A stretch of 64,000 nt of DNA from Gammaproteobacteria bacterium (GTDB lineage Bacteria > Pseudomonadota > Gammaproteobacteria > Arenicellales > CAJQKF01): NCBI GenBank assembly GCA_030429665.1, contig JAUIEZ010000003.1, positions 17,885 through 81,884 of the forward strand. Reading direction: 5' to 3'. This document shows positions 1 to 8,834 of this stretch, piece after piece (the stretch's first letter is position 1; each line of letters opens with the position of its first letter). The translations under genes were made by a program, and so were the position numbers. Below the pieces are notes generated by a model. It searched no databases, was not told where the DNA came from, and saw only the letters and a program-made list of their open reading frames with translations.

Positions 1-612
1 CTGGCGTCGCCGACGACCACCGGCAGCATGGGAATACCGGCCGCGACATAGTCGTCCCGGCCGGCGATCGCGAGGCTCCAGAAGTGCGGCGGCGTCCACA
101 GGAACAGCACCACCGCGAGGATCAGCGGAATCGGTCCGAGCTGCGGATCGACGACCGCCGCACCGGCGAGCACGGCGAAGCTGCCCGATGCGCCGCCGAT
201 GACGATGTTCCACCACGTGCGGCGCTTCAGCCAGACGGTGTAGACGACGGCGTAGAAGAATGCGCCAAGAAAGACGAAAGCGGCGGCGACCGCGTTGAGG
301 AAAACGGCGGCGCCGCCGACACTGACAGCCAGGAGCAACGCGATCGTGAGCAACCACGTACGGTCCCGGGCGAAGAATCCGGTCACGAATGGCCTGTTCC
401 GCGTGCGCTTCATCAGCGCGTCGATATCGCGCTCGTAATACTGGTTGAAAGCACCCGCGCTGCTGGAACCGAGCAGCACCGCCAACGTGAGTATTGCCGC
501 CTCCCACGTGCCCGCCGGACGACCCGGCGTCACCATCAGCGCCACCAGCGCGGTGATGGACATCATCACGCCGATGCGAATCTTGAACACGTTGACCAGC
601 TGACCAAACATG
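1..612 (-). CDS. ctaB: Protoheme IX farnesyltransferase (heme O synthase), N-terminal part; C-terminus lies beyond the left edge
   Basis: Own translation from ATG at 612 (GGAGG about 10 nt upstream): MFGQLVNVFKIRIGVMMSITALVAL...NQYYERDIDALMKRTRNRP...LWTPPHFWSLA. UbiA-family Asp-rich motif and PPHFW box typical of CyoE/CtaB. Absent from the ORF track because it is open at the edge; + strand ORF 84..773 is its shadow. Confidence 0.85.
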
Positions 613-710
613 ATGGCAGCGCCTCCTTCAATGTCGCGGGTCCTGTCGCTCGCGCCCGCAAGATACGCTGCCCGGGCAGTCACTGGCAAAGACCGCCCGG
701 GCGCAATCGT

Positions 711-2447
711 CTAGCTGAGAGGCCAGACGGAAGCCAGGTACTTCCAGTTGATGAAGTAGTACACGACGAATGAAACCAGCAACAGCATCGCGAGCGCGAA
801 CGTGCCCGGCGCCTCGAAACCGGCCGAACCATGCTCCTCGACTGTCAACTTGGGTGCGCGGGGCAGCATCTCCGGACGCTCGACCGCGTAGGCCGACGGC
901 GCAAGCGCCTTGCCGAGAAAGCTCTGCAGGAAACCCGCGGAAGGCTCGAGCTTTTCGCCGAACAGGAGCGATCCGACCGTGACCAACAGGAACGCCACAC
1001 CACCCACGATCGCCAAGAGCCCGCCAATGGCGGCGATCGCCATCAACGTGTAGGCCATGCCGGGATACTCGAAGACCATGGCCGCGCCGGTGAAATCCAT
1101 GTCCCAATGACGCCGCGATACACCGAGGGTGCCCGCGCCGAGCATGAACAGGATCAGTATGGTCATGCCGCCGCCGAACAGGTACGGCTGCCAGCGGGCG
1201 AGGGTCGGCAGTATCACCTTGCGCCGGAAAAGAACCGGGATCAACAGGTAGGTGAGCGCCATGAAGGCGAGCGTGGTGCCGACTGCCACGGTGGCATGAA
1301 AATGCGCGGGCACGTAGATGGTGTTGTGAATGATCAGGTTGATCTGCTCCGTGCCCATGACCACACCGGTGATACCGCCGAGGAATCCGAACACGACCAG
1401 CGAAATGAACATCCCCGAGAATACCGGATTGCTCCACGGCGCCTTTCGCAGCCATTCGAAGAATCCCTTGCTGTAGCCTTTCTGGCGCTGCGCCACCTCG
1501 ATCGATCCGGGCACCGTCAGGCCGTGGATCATGCTGGCCAGCACCGCGAGGTACATGGCGTAGCTGGTATTGAAGATCTTCCACTCGGTGCCGACGCCGG
1601 GATCCACGAGTATGTGGTGGGCGCAGGCGAGCTGAAGAAACAGTATGTAGAGGAAGAACGCGAAGCGGCTCACTTTCTCCGACATCGGGCGCGCGCCGAA
1701 CAGCACACCGGCAATCAGGTACCACACCGCCACGTGCGCGGACACGTTGATCTGCTGCGATGAGTGGCCGAGACCCCACCAGACGATTCGATACATCTCG
1801 GCATCGATGTGACCGATGTAGCCGAGCGACCAGAGGAACGTCGGGATCAGGATAATGGCGCCGGAGGCGATGGTGAATACCGCGATGATCGCGGCCGTGA
1901 TCGCGCCGAACGTCACCAGCGGCACCGACCCCTCGTAGGTTTTCTCCTGGTAGGCGACGACCAGCGTGCCGAAGAACACCAGCACCTGCACCAGCGCACC
2001 GACCGCGAACAGGATGAGTCCCAGGTAGAAATGCGGCTCGGCCTGCATCGGCGCATAGGATGTCATCATCACGCTCGACCTTCCCTGGAATACCGCGACA
2101 TTGTTGATGATGGCGCCGAGCAACATCAGCATGAAGCCCGCCCACGCCCATCCCGGCGTGGCGATACGGCAACGCAGAAGCGTCGAGGATGCGAAGTGCA
2201 GGATCGCCATCTCGAAAAAGATGATCCAGAAGATCAGCGCATTGATGCCGTGTGCCGTCAGGGCGAGATAGAAGTCCTGCGGCGAAAGCAAGTGAACTTC
2301 CTGCCAACGTGTCAGGACGACGCCGAGAGCAAGGATGCCCGCGATCAGCAAGGCCACGACGCCCGCCACCGCGTTGACCTTGATCAATCGCTCGGCCGAC
2401 CTGTTGAAGTAGAACCCGGAATCGGGACAAACGCGAAAAGTTGCCAT
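711..2447 (-). CDS. Heme-copper oxidase subunit I, B-family (ba3-like)
   Basis: 578-aa polytopic membrane protein with His-rich HCO motifs (WWGLGHSS, HFHATVAVGT). ATG preceded by AAGGAG. Begins 5 nt after the stop of a short ba3-type subunit II. Confidence 0.85.
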   Translation of the reverse strand: MATFRVCPDSGFYFNRSAERLIKVNAVAGVVALLIAGILALGVVLTRWQEVHLLSPQDFYLALTAHGINALIFWIIFFEMAILHFASSTLLRCRIATPGWAWAGFMLMLLGAIINNVAVFQGRSSVMMTSYAPMQAEPHFYLGLILFAVGALVQVLVFFGTLVVAYQEKTYEGSVPLVTFGAITAAIIAVFTIASGAIILIPTFLWSLGYIGHIDAEMYRIVWWGLGHSSQQINVSAHVAVWYLIAGVLFGARPMSEKVSRFAFFLYILFLQLACAHHILVDPGVGTEWKIFNTSYAMYLAVLASMIHGLTVPGSIEVAQRQKGYSKGFFEWLRKAPWSNPVFSGMFISLVVFGFLGGITGVVMGTEQINLIIHNTIYVPAHFHATVAVGTTLAFMALTYLLIPVLFRRKVILPTLARWQPYLFGGGMTILILFMLGAGTLGVSRRHWDMDFTGAAMVFEYPGMAYTLMAIAAIGGLLAIVGGVAFLLVTVGSLLFGEKLEPSAGFLQSFLGKALAPSAYAVERPEMLPRAPKLTVEEHGSAGFEAPGTFALAMLLLVSFVVYYFINWKYLASVWPLS

Positions 2448-2451
2448 GGCA

Positions 2452-2988
2452 TTACTCCTTCACGTAGATCTTTCCGACCATGGTGTGATGACCGATGCCG
2501 CAATACTCGTTGCAGATCACGCCGTACTCTCCCGCCTTGTCCGGCGTGATCTGGATGACCATTTCGTACCCCGGCACGATCTGCAGGTTCACATTCGTAG
2601 GCTGAAGCGAGAACCCGTGCTGCCAGTCCATTGAAGAAAGGTGCAGTCGGTAGCTCTGGTCCTTTTCGAGTTCGAGGATCGGCCACCACTGCCACAGTCG
2701 TCCCAGCAAGTAGATGTCGCTGCCGGCCGGTGGTGCGACGACCGGCATCCCGGCTTCCTCGCGCACCTTGTACTGGTCCACCATCTCCTGGACCCTGGCG
2801 CCGAACTTTGCCGGCGTGGTCTGATAGGCTTCGGTAGAGAGGTTTTGCTTACCGTACACGTGCCAGTACGGCATCATCAGGAACATGATGATGCACCAGA
2901 GCAACGCCAGTGCGATCCAGACGAGTTCGACACGGCCGACGGGTACTTTCCACCAGACCCGGTCGGCGGGTGGCATGTAGGAAGTCAT
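2452..2988 (-). CDS. Cytochrome c oxidase subunit II, short ba3-type (CuA)
   Basis: 178 aa, a single N-terminal TM helix (VELVWIALALLWCIIMFLMMPYW) and a C-terminal CuA motif CNEYCGIGHHTM. Size and topology match B-family rather than A-family subunit II. Confidence 0.85.
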   Translation of the reverse strand: MTSYMPPADRVWWKVPVGRVELVWIALALLWCIIMFLMMPYWHVYGKQNLSTEAYQTTPAKFGARVQEMVDQYKVREEAGMPVVAPPAGSDIYLLGRLWQWWPILELEKDQSYRLHLSSMDWQHGFSLQPTNVNLQIVPGYEMVIQITPDKAGEYGVICNEYCGIGHHTMVGKIYVKE

Positions 2989-3017
2989 GATTCGGATCCC
3001 CCGGTCTGGGCTTGTGG

Positions 3018-3188
3018 TCAGGGCGCAACGGGCAGCGTAACGATTTCCATGATGCCCCAGATCAGGTAGAACACCGTGGGCATCGTGACGCCGATGAATA
3101 GCAGTAGAAATGGATTGTCCAGGATCGACTGCATCGCGGGGATGCGCTCTTCTGACTCCCGGCCGGGTGTGGCTTTATCGTCGCTCAT
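3018..3188 (-). CDS. 56-aa single-TM micro-protein, candidate small oxidase subunit (IIa-like)
   Basis: Own translation: MSDDKATPGRESEERIPAMQSILDNPFLLLFIGVTMPTVFYLIWGIMEIVTLPVAP. GAGGGAG just upstream of the ATG, stop 30 nt before the subunit II start. Below the ORF-track size cutoff. Confidence 0.45.
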   Translation of the reverse strand: MSDDKATPGRESEERIPAMQSILDNPFLLLFIGVTMPTVFYLIWGIMEIVTLPVAP

Positions 3189-3357
3189 GATCGCTCCCTC
3201 GGGTTGAGTACCGGTTTATGCGATTCAACGGAAACGGCCCGCTCTCACCATCGGGATGAGTGAGTTTCTCTTCACTTGCCCGAATAACGGGTCGAGATTT
3301 TTCCTTAGTAATAATCCACGGCTGGGACAACGCTACGCTTGTGACGACACGGCCTCC

Positions 3358-3371
3358 TTGATGAAAGTCAA
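3358..3371. promoter_or_regulatory. FNR/DNR-type box TTGATGAAAGTCAA upstream of the ba3-like oxidase operon
   Basis: TTGAT-N4-GTCAA palindrome-like site. A TAGCGT -10-like hexamer (minus strand, 3330..3335) lies exactly 32 bp centre-to-centre downstream, the same geometry as at nirS. Confidence 0.55.
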
Positions 3372-3455
3372 AATGCCCGGGCGCGTGCGAGTCGCATGAT
3401 GCACGTCAACGAAAAGGGCCAACGTCTACGGCCAGCGGGATGCCCGTGGGGCAGA

Positions 3456-3962
3456 CTAGTCCGGCACCAGTCGATAGTGGACTTCCTTGTCCTTGACCAC
3501 GCCGGGCGTGACCACCACGAGTTCGTCGCGCGAGATCTCCACCACGCACGGCGCGGGCCTTCCGCAATCGAACAGCAGTTTCTCATCGACGTGCTTCAAG
3601 GTATCGAGGTGCGCGATCGCCTCTTCCTCGAGGACCCCGAAGTCGCCGCGCAGGTACGCGCTGCCGGTAGTCGTTGCGTGAACGGTCTCGAACACGCGCC
3701 GGACTGTTTCCGGTGAAACGCTTGCGGCATAGGGAAAGGGGATATACAGGCGCGCGATCCGCCAGCCCGGATACAGGCGCACGAATTCGCTCATTCCCGT
3801 CACCAGCGCCAGCTCGCCCTCGTTACCCTCGCGCTCGAAGTAGCCGGACGGGACCTGGGCGCCCGCCGTCTCGGCGCTTGCACTCCCGCCTGCGGCAAGC
3901 AACGAGGCCGCCAGCAAGGCCGCAATGGCCGCGGCCCCGCGCGTGCCCGTGAAAAAGTTCAT
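3456..3962 (-). CDS. Exported protein of unknown function (168 aa)
   Basis: Internal ATG at 3962 gives MNFFTGTRGAAAIAALLAASLLAAGGSASAETA..., a clear signal peptide. GC3-rich coding look. Starts 32 nt after the nirN stop. No family recognised. Confidence 0.6.
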   Translation of the reverse strand: MNFFTGTRGAAAIAALLAASLLAAGGSASAETAGAQVPSGYFEREGNEGELALVTGMSEFVRLYPGWRIARLYIPFPYAASVSPETVRRVFETVHATTTGSAYLRGDFGVLEEEAIAHLDTLKHVDEKLLFDCGRPAPCVVEISRDELVVVTPGVVKDKEVHYRLVPD

Positions 3963-3993
3963 CGCGTTACCGCACCGGCATGTCGGTACGCGG

Positions 3994-5553
3994 TCAATGG
4001 CTGGTGCCTTCCGACCCGGTGATCTTGTTGTAGACGTTGTACTTGCCGGACGGTTTGACCATCGGCAGGCGCTTGACTTCCTCGAGGGTGGCGGCGTCGT
4101 AAACGACCACGGCGCCATCCATGTCCCAGATGCTGAGCAGCGCGTAGCGGCCGTAGCGATCGAACTCCACGTGGCCGGCGGTTTTCCCCGGCGCCGGTCG
4201 CAGCGTCCTGACGATCTCGAGGCTCTGCTTGTCGATCACGTGCACGGCGTCGCGGTCCTTGCCGAAGAATACGTCCACCCACGCATAGGGACTGTTCTCA
4301 TGGCTACGCATGAAGAACCCCGGCCCGAGCGTCTCGATTCTCTCGATGGTCTCGAAGGTATCCATGTCGATGATGCTGACCTCGCCGTTGCGCAGGTTGG
4401 GCGTTGCGAGCACCTGGCGTCCGGCATGCTCGAAGGTAATACCCGAACCGAGGTGCGGCATGCCGTCCAGCGCCAGATCGGCGATCTTGCGCCCGACGTC
4501 CATCTGCACGACCTGGCCGGTCTTCGCATTGCGCGCCGCGCCCATGACCAGGCTGTAGTCGGGGCTGAAGAAGAAATCGTCGAGATAGTCGTCAAGGCGA
4601 ATGCGTCGCACCGGGAATCGCCCACCGGCCCGGGCGATACCTTCCTGCAGGCGATAGTCGTGCATGATGCCGTTGTAAACGGGCAGCGGGTCGTCACGGT
4701 ACTGGATTTCCCAGATCTCGGGGATGTCCTTGAGCGCGACGATGAAGCTCTCCCGCGGCGGCGCGACATACACCGCGCTGGCCCGCGACGTCTCGCCACC
4801 GTCGCCGGCGATGGGTATGACGGCGATGGGCGAGAGGTCCCGCGCGTCGAGCAGCGCCAACGTATGCGGGAGATAGTTGGCCACCATCACGTAGCGGTCG
4901 TCGGCCGACACCGCCAGGTTGCGGGTATTGATGCCGGCGCGAACCTCGGCCACGGTGGCAAGGTTCCACAGGTCGAACTTGCTGACCCACCCGTCGCGGG
5001 AGGCGAAGTAGACGAACCGCCCGTTCGACGAATACTTGGGACCGCCGTGAAGCGCGAAGTGCGTCTTGAAGCGATGGACGGGCGTCATGCGGTCGCCGTC
5101 GAGCACGGTGGCGTGATGATCGCCGAGCTCGACGACGATGAACAGGTTCATCGGATCGGCGTCGTACGTCGGACCATCCAGCGGCGGCTGGTCCGCAAGC
5201 ACGCGATGACTGGCGAGAATCTCGTCCATGCCCCAGGCCGGCACGGCATCCAGGGGGGTGTAGATCAGCGCCGCCAGGGCCCCGGCCTGGTCACGATCGA
5301 GAAGCGAGGCGAACGCGGGCATCTGGGTCGCGGCGCGTCCGTTCAGTATCACGTCGACCGCCGCCTCGGGTTTCAGCCGCCCGAGGTTTTCCGGCAGCAG
5401 CGCCGGTCCCATGCCGCCCAGACGCGCGGCGCCGTGGCACGACGCGCAGTGTCGTTCGTACAAAGCCCCGGCGTCGTCCGCGCTAGTCGTCGTGGCGGCT
5501 AGCAGCGCGATCACGCCGGCCGCGACGGCACCGGCGAGAACGTTCAACTGCAT
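3994..5553 (-). CDS. nirN: NirN, cytochrome cd1-like heme d1 maturation protein (dihydro-heme d1 dehydrogenase)
   Basis: Start re-set to ATG 5553 (MQLNVLAGAVAAG... signal peptide). CASCHG heme c motif followed by a cd1-type beta-propeller similar to NirS/NirF. Overlaps the nirJ stop by 10 nt. Confidence 0.85.
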   Translation of the reverse strand: MQLNVLAGAVAAGVIALLAATTTSADDAGALYERHCASCHGAARLGGMGPALLPENLGRLKPEAAVDVILNGRAATQMPAFASLLDRDQAGALAALIYTPLDAVPAWGMDEILASHRVLADQPPLDGPTYDADPMNLFIVVELGDHHATVLDGDRMTPVHRFKTHFALHGGPKYSSNGRFVYFASRDGWVSKFDLWNLATVAEVRAGINTRNLAVSADDRYVMVANYLPHTLALLDARDLSPIAVIPIAGDGGETSRASAVYVAPPRESFIVALKDIPEIWEIQYRDDPLPVYNGIMHDYRLQEGIARAGGRFPVRRIRLDDYLDDFFFSPDYSLVMGAARNAKTGQVVQMDVGRKIADLALDGMPHLGSGITFEHAGRQVLATPNLRNGEVSIIDMDTFETIERIETLGPGFFMRSHENSPYAWVDVFFGKDRDAVHVIDKQSLEIVRTLRPAPGKTAGHVEFDRYGRYALLSIWDMDGAVVVYDAATLEEVKRLPMVKPSGKYNVYNKITGSEGTSH

Positions 5554-6779
5554 GACATCCGCCGCCGTGCCCCGCTCGCGTTCCGCCAGCGACTCCACGG
5601 CGTGACCTCGACCCGGGGCGGCATGCCCGACACGCCGATTTCCTCGTCGTCGAGATAGCAACCGGGATCCTCGGCCCACGGATTTCCGGTGAGCTGCCAG
5701 GCGCGCGTGCGGCTGTTGCCGCCGCAGATATCGAGATAGGCGCAGACGCCGCAGCGTCCCTCCACCGGGCGCGGTCTCTGTTTCAACCCTTTCATCAGCG
5801 GGTCGGAGACGTCTTCCCAGATCTCGGCGAACGATCGGTCGCGCACGTTGCCGAGGCCGTAGTCCCACCACATGGTGTCGGGGTGCACGTTGCCTAGGTT
5901 GTCGATGTTGGCGATGTTGACGCCGGAGGAATTGCCGCCCCATCGCTTGAGCATCGCCTCGAGCGTTGCCGCCTTATCGGGCAGGTTGCGTCTCACCCAC
6001 TGCAGCAGGAAAACGCCGTCGGCGTCGTTGTTGCCGGTGACGAACTCGCTGTCGCGACCCGCCCTGATATCGTCGAGGCAGGTTTCGACCAGGAGTTCCA
6101 TTGCCTCGCGCGTCATTTTCATGTGGACATCGTCCTTGCGATTGCGGTTTCCGCGGCCGGCATAGTTAAGGTGCGAGAGGTAGAACTTGTCCACGCCCTC
6201 GGTGCGCATCAGCGCCAGCATCCCCGGCAGATCCGCGTGATTGTCCTGGGTCAGGGTGAAACGCAGCCCGACGCGTGCGCCCACGCGCCGGCACAGGCGA
6301 ACGCCGCGCAGCGCCTCGTCGAAGGCGCCGGCGCGGCGTCGAAACCGGTCGTGCACCTCTCGCATGCCGTCGATGCTGATGCCGACGTAGTCGAGATCCA
6401 GTGCGGCGATGCGACCGATGTTGTTCTTGTCGATCAGCGTGCCGTTGCTCGACAGGCCGACGTAGAAGCCGCGCGACTTGGCTCGCGCCGCGATGTCGAA
6501 CAGGTCGGGGTGCATCATGGGTTCGCCGCCGGACAGGATCAGCACCGACACGCCGTAGTCCTGCAGGTCGTCCATGACGCGGTAGATCTCTTGCGTGGAC
6601 AATTCGCCATCGAAATCGCGGTCGGCGGACGTGGCGTAGCAATGCTTGCACGTCAGGTTGCAGCGGCGGATCAGGTTCCAGATGACCACCGGCGCGCGAC
6701 GTGCGTCGCTCGCCGCGGTGGTCGGCGCCGGTTCCCCGGAACGGGTGATGGCGCGCAGGAATCGGCTCAGTCTGAACAT
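5544..6779 (-). CDS. nirJ: NirJ, radical SAM heme d1 biosynthesis enzyme
   Basis: RRCNLTCKHCY radical-SAM CxxxCxxC motif, a C-terminal Cys cluster (GRCGVCAYLDICGG), and position in the nir cluster. Confidence 0.9.
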   Translation of the reverse strand: MFRLSRFLRAITRSGEPAPTTAASDARRAPVVIWNLIRRCNLTCKHCYATSADRDFDGELSTQEIYRVMDDLQDYGVSVLILSGGEPMMHPDLFDIAARAKSRGFYVGLSSNGTLIDKNNIGRIAALDLDYVGISIDGMREVHDRFRRRAGAFDEALRGVRLCRRVGARVGLRFTLTQDNHADLPGMLALMRTEGVDKFYLSHLNYAGRGNRNRKDDVHMKMTREAMELLVETCLDDIRAGRDSEFVTGNNDADGVFLLQWVRRNLPDKAATLEAMLKRWGGNSSGVNIANIDNLGNVHPDTMWWDYGLGNVRDRSFAEIWEDVSDPLMKGLKQRPRPVEGRCGVCAYLDICGGNSRTRAWQLTGNPWAEDPGCYLDDEEIGVSGMPPRVEVTPWSRWRNASGARRRMSCS

Positions 6780-6803
6780 CCCGGAACTCCCGTGGTTGTA
6801 TCT

Positions 6804-7790
6804 TCAGGCCGCGAGACGCAGCCCGGTCTTTTTCAGGCACGCGCTGGATACCAGCACGTCGCGGGCGCGGCAGCGCTCGCCCAGGACCCGCGCAATGCGT
6901 CCGGTCTTCGACTCGACCTCGGACCGGTTGCGCCCGTGGACCATGGCGAACAGGTTGTACGGCCACACGCCGTCGTGGCGGCTTCGCGTGTAGCAGTGGC
7001 TCACGAACGGCAGCGCGCCCACCTCGGCGCCGGCGCACTCAACCACTTCGTCGGGGACGTCCCACACCGTCATGCCGTTGGCGAAGAGGCCGAGACGGTA
7101 GTGATTGGGCACCGCGCCGATGCGCCGCGCAACGCCGCATTCGAGCATCCTGCGAAGCCGTTCGTGGACTTCCCGTTCCGGGCAGCCCAGCCGCCCGGCC
7201 ACGCCCGCATAGGGCTCGGCATCGATTGGCAGACCGCCCTGGGTGGCAATGGTGAGATCGCGATCGATCGAATCGAACACGTACCCGCCGCGACGGCCCG
7301 GTTCGGGGCCAGGCACGGTGTCTACGCCGCCCTGTTCGTCGAGGCGCAGGTACAGGCCGAGGTGAAACTCGCGCGTCTTGGGAAACTCGTAGACGGTCAG
7401 CCCGGTCGACTCGCCGATCGCATCCAACGTTCGCGAGATGCCGTCGATCCGCTCCGTGGCGACGACGAACCACATGTTCAGCCGATGTTCCCGACGGTAG
7501 TTATGGGCCACGGCGTCGTACCCGTTGACGATCCCGGTGACGCGGCCAAAGTCCTCCTCCGGCACCTCGAGCGCCGCCAGCGTCTGGGCACCGCCCATTC
7601 GCGAGGCGTTGTAAACGGGGCCGAACCGGCTCAACCAGCCTTCCTCGACCAGCGATTCGACGACGGGGATCAGGGTGGCTTCCCGCGTGCCGAGCCTTGC
7701 CGCGACGAAACGGAACGGGTGCCGGTCGACGGGAAAACCACCCTGGAATTGATTGATGAATCGCCGGGCGAGGCTTTCAAGCCTGTTCAT
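6804..7790 (-). CDS. Fused NirG-NirH-like siroheme decarboxylase subunits (328 aa)
   Basis: Two Lrp/AsnC-like halves. The N-half has AVAHNYRREHRLNMWFVV (NirD/G type). The C-half has FVSHCYTRSRHDGVWPYNLFAMVHG (NirL/H type). ATG 7790 overlaps the upstream stop (ATGA). Confidence 0.8.
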   Translation of the reverse strand: MNRLESLARRFINQFQGGFPVDRHPFRFVAARLGTREATLIPVVESLVEEGWLSRFGPVYNASRMGGAQTLAALEVPEEDFGRVTGIVNGYDAVAHNYRREHRLNMWFVVATERIDGISRTLDAIGESTGLTVYEFPKTREFHLGLYLRLDEQGGVDTVPGPEPGRRGGYVFDSIDRDLTIATQGGLPIDAEPYAGVAGRLGCPEREVHERLRRMLECGVARRIGAVPNHYRLGLFANGMTVWDVPDEVVECAGAEVGALPFVSHCYTRSRHDGVWPYNLFAMVHGRNRSEVESKTGRIARVLGERCRARDVLVSSACLKKTGLRLAA

Positions 7791-8344
7791 TTCGTCTCGC
7801 GCCGCGTCAAGGCCCTGTCCCCGGTCCGTTGCGGCGGGGATACCACCGCTCCACCGGCATAACGCGCACCGCGCTGCTTGAAACGCCGGCCGCTGAACAA
7901 TATCTCGTGGGGAAACGATCGATCGGGAACCATGCCGGCGAGTCGCTCGACCATCTCCACCACGTGAGCCCGCGTTCGGCCGTGAATCATCGTGAACAGG
8001 TTGTAGCGCCATTGAGGCGGACGGCGCGGGCGGCGGTAGCTAAGCGTCACGAATGGCGCGTCACCGAACAACCGGCCAATGCGCCCGACCTCGTCATCCG
8101 GCACGTCCCATACCACCATGCCGTTGGCGCGGTAACCGAGTTCGTGGTGGCGCACGATAACGCCCATTCGCCTGATGGCGCCTTCACGCTGCAGCACCGC
8201 CAGGGTCTCGATGACACGTTCCTCGTCGACGCCGAGCCGCTCGGCAATGTCCGCGTATGGCCGTGCGACCAATGGCAGGCCGGCCTCGATGGCGCCAATG
8301 ACGGCTCTCTCGAAATCGCCGCGGATGCGCACCGGCTCAACCAT
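7787..8344 (-). CDS. nirL: NirL-like siroheme decarboxylase subunit (185 aa)
   Basis: Start re-set to ATG 8344 (MVEPVRIRGDFERAVIGAIEAGLPL...). Motif FVTLSYRRPRRPPQWRYNLFTMIHG. Second of the four decarboxylase modules in order. Confidence 0.75.
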   Translation of the reverse strand: MVEPVRIRGDFERAVIGAIEAGLPLVARPYADIAERLGVDEERVIETLAVLQREGAIRRMGVIVRHHELGYRANGMVVWDVPDDEVGRIGRLFGDAPFVTLSYRRPRRPPQWRYNLFTMIHGRTRAHVVEMVERLAGMVPDRSFPHEILFSGRRFKQRGARYAGGAVVSPPQRTGDRALTRRETK

Positions 8345-8816
8345 GGTCGCTTCCGAAATCGATGCGAAAACCGAGATCGATGAAATACGCCTCGAGCATC
8401 GGCAACTCCAGCACGGGCAGGGCGGTGCGCGATGCAATGTCGTCGATGACCTTGCCCAAGTGTTCGTGATCACGAGCCGCGATAACGAACCACAGGTTGT
8501 AGCGGTGATCGCGCTCGTAGTTGTGGTTTACCTCCGGGTAGCGACCGACCAGCGCGGCGACACGCGTCAGGTCCTTCGGCGGAACGGCAATGGCGGCCAA
8601 CGTGCTCACGCCGAGGTGATTCGGGGTGAATACCGGGCCGACCCGCGACACGACCCCACCCGCCTTGAGCCGGCGCAGCATGTCGAGCACTTCGTCTTCG
8701 CCTATGCCGAGGGTGTCGGCGATGTGCTTGAACGGTCTTGGCACCAGGGGCAGGTCGCGCTGGAAGTCGTTCACCAGGTACTGCTCCAGCGCGGATAGCG
8801 CGAACTCGTCGTTCAT
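8337..8816 (-). CDS. nirD: NirD-like siroheme decarboxylase subunit
   Basis: MNDEFALSALEQYLVNDFQRDLPLVPRPF... with EVNHNYERDHRYNLWFVI. First ATG is at 8816; the track start 8831 is a GTG 4 nt after the nirF stop and remains possible. Confidence 0.75.
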   Translation of the reverse strand: MNDEFALSALEQYLVNDFQRDLPLVPRPFKHIADTLGIGEDEVLDMLRRLKAGGVVSRVGPVFTPNHLGVSTLAAIAVPPKDLTRVAALVGRYPEVNHNYERDHRYNLWFVIAARDHEHLGKVIDDIASRTALPVLELPMLEAYFIDLGFRIDFGSDHG

Positions 8817-8834
8817 CGCTTTCACGGTCACGCC

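Noticed and set aside
84-773. 229-aa + strand ORF at the left edge
   Set aside because: The sequence is Arg/Glu/His-rich with no motif. It lies exactly antisense to a well-formed heme O synthase reading frame (1..612, minus) that has a proper RBS. It is a shadow ORF typical of high-GC DNA.
3925-5502. 525-aa + strand ORF antisense to nirN
   Set aside because: The composition is low-complexity (Arg/Gly/Val/His-rich) and no family is recognisable. The minus-strand frame encodes a complete cd1-like protein with a heme c motif. The same reasoning applies to 6123..7862 (+), 8850..10277 (+), 11256..12926 (+), 15819..17685 (+ frames), 26049..27965 (+, alternative frame), 39220..40713 (-), 54241..55836 (-), 58801..60012 (-) and similar long mirror ORFs.
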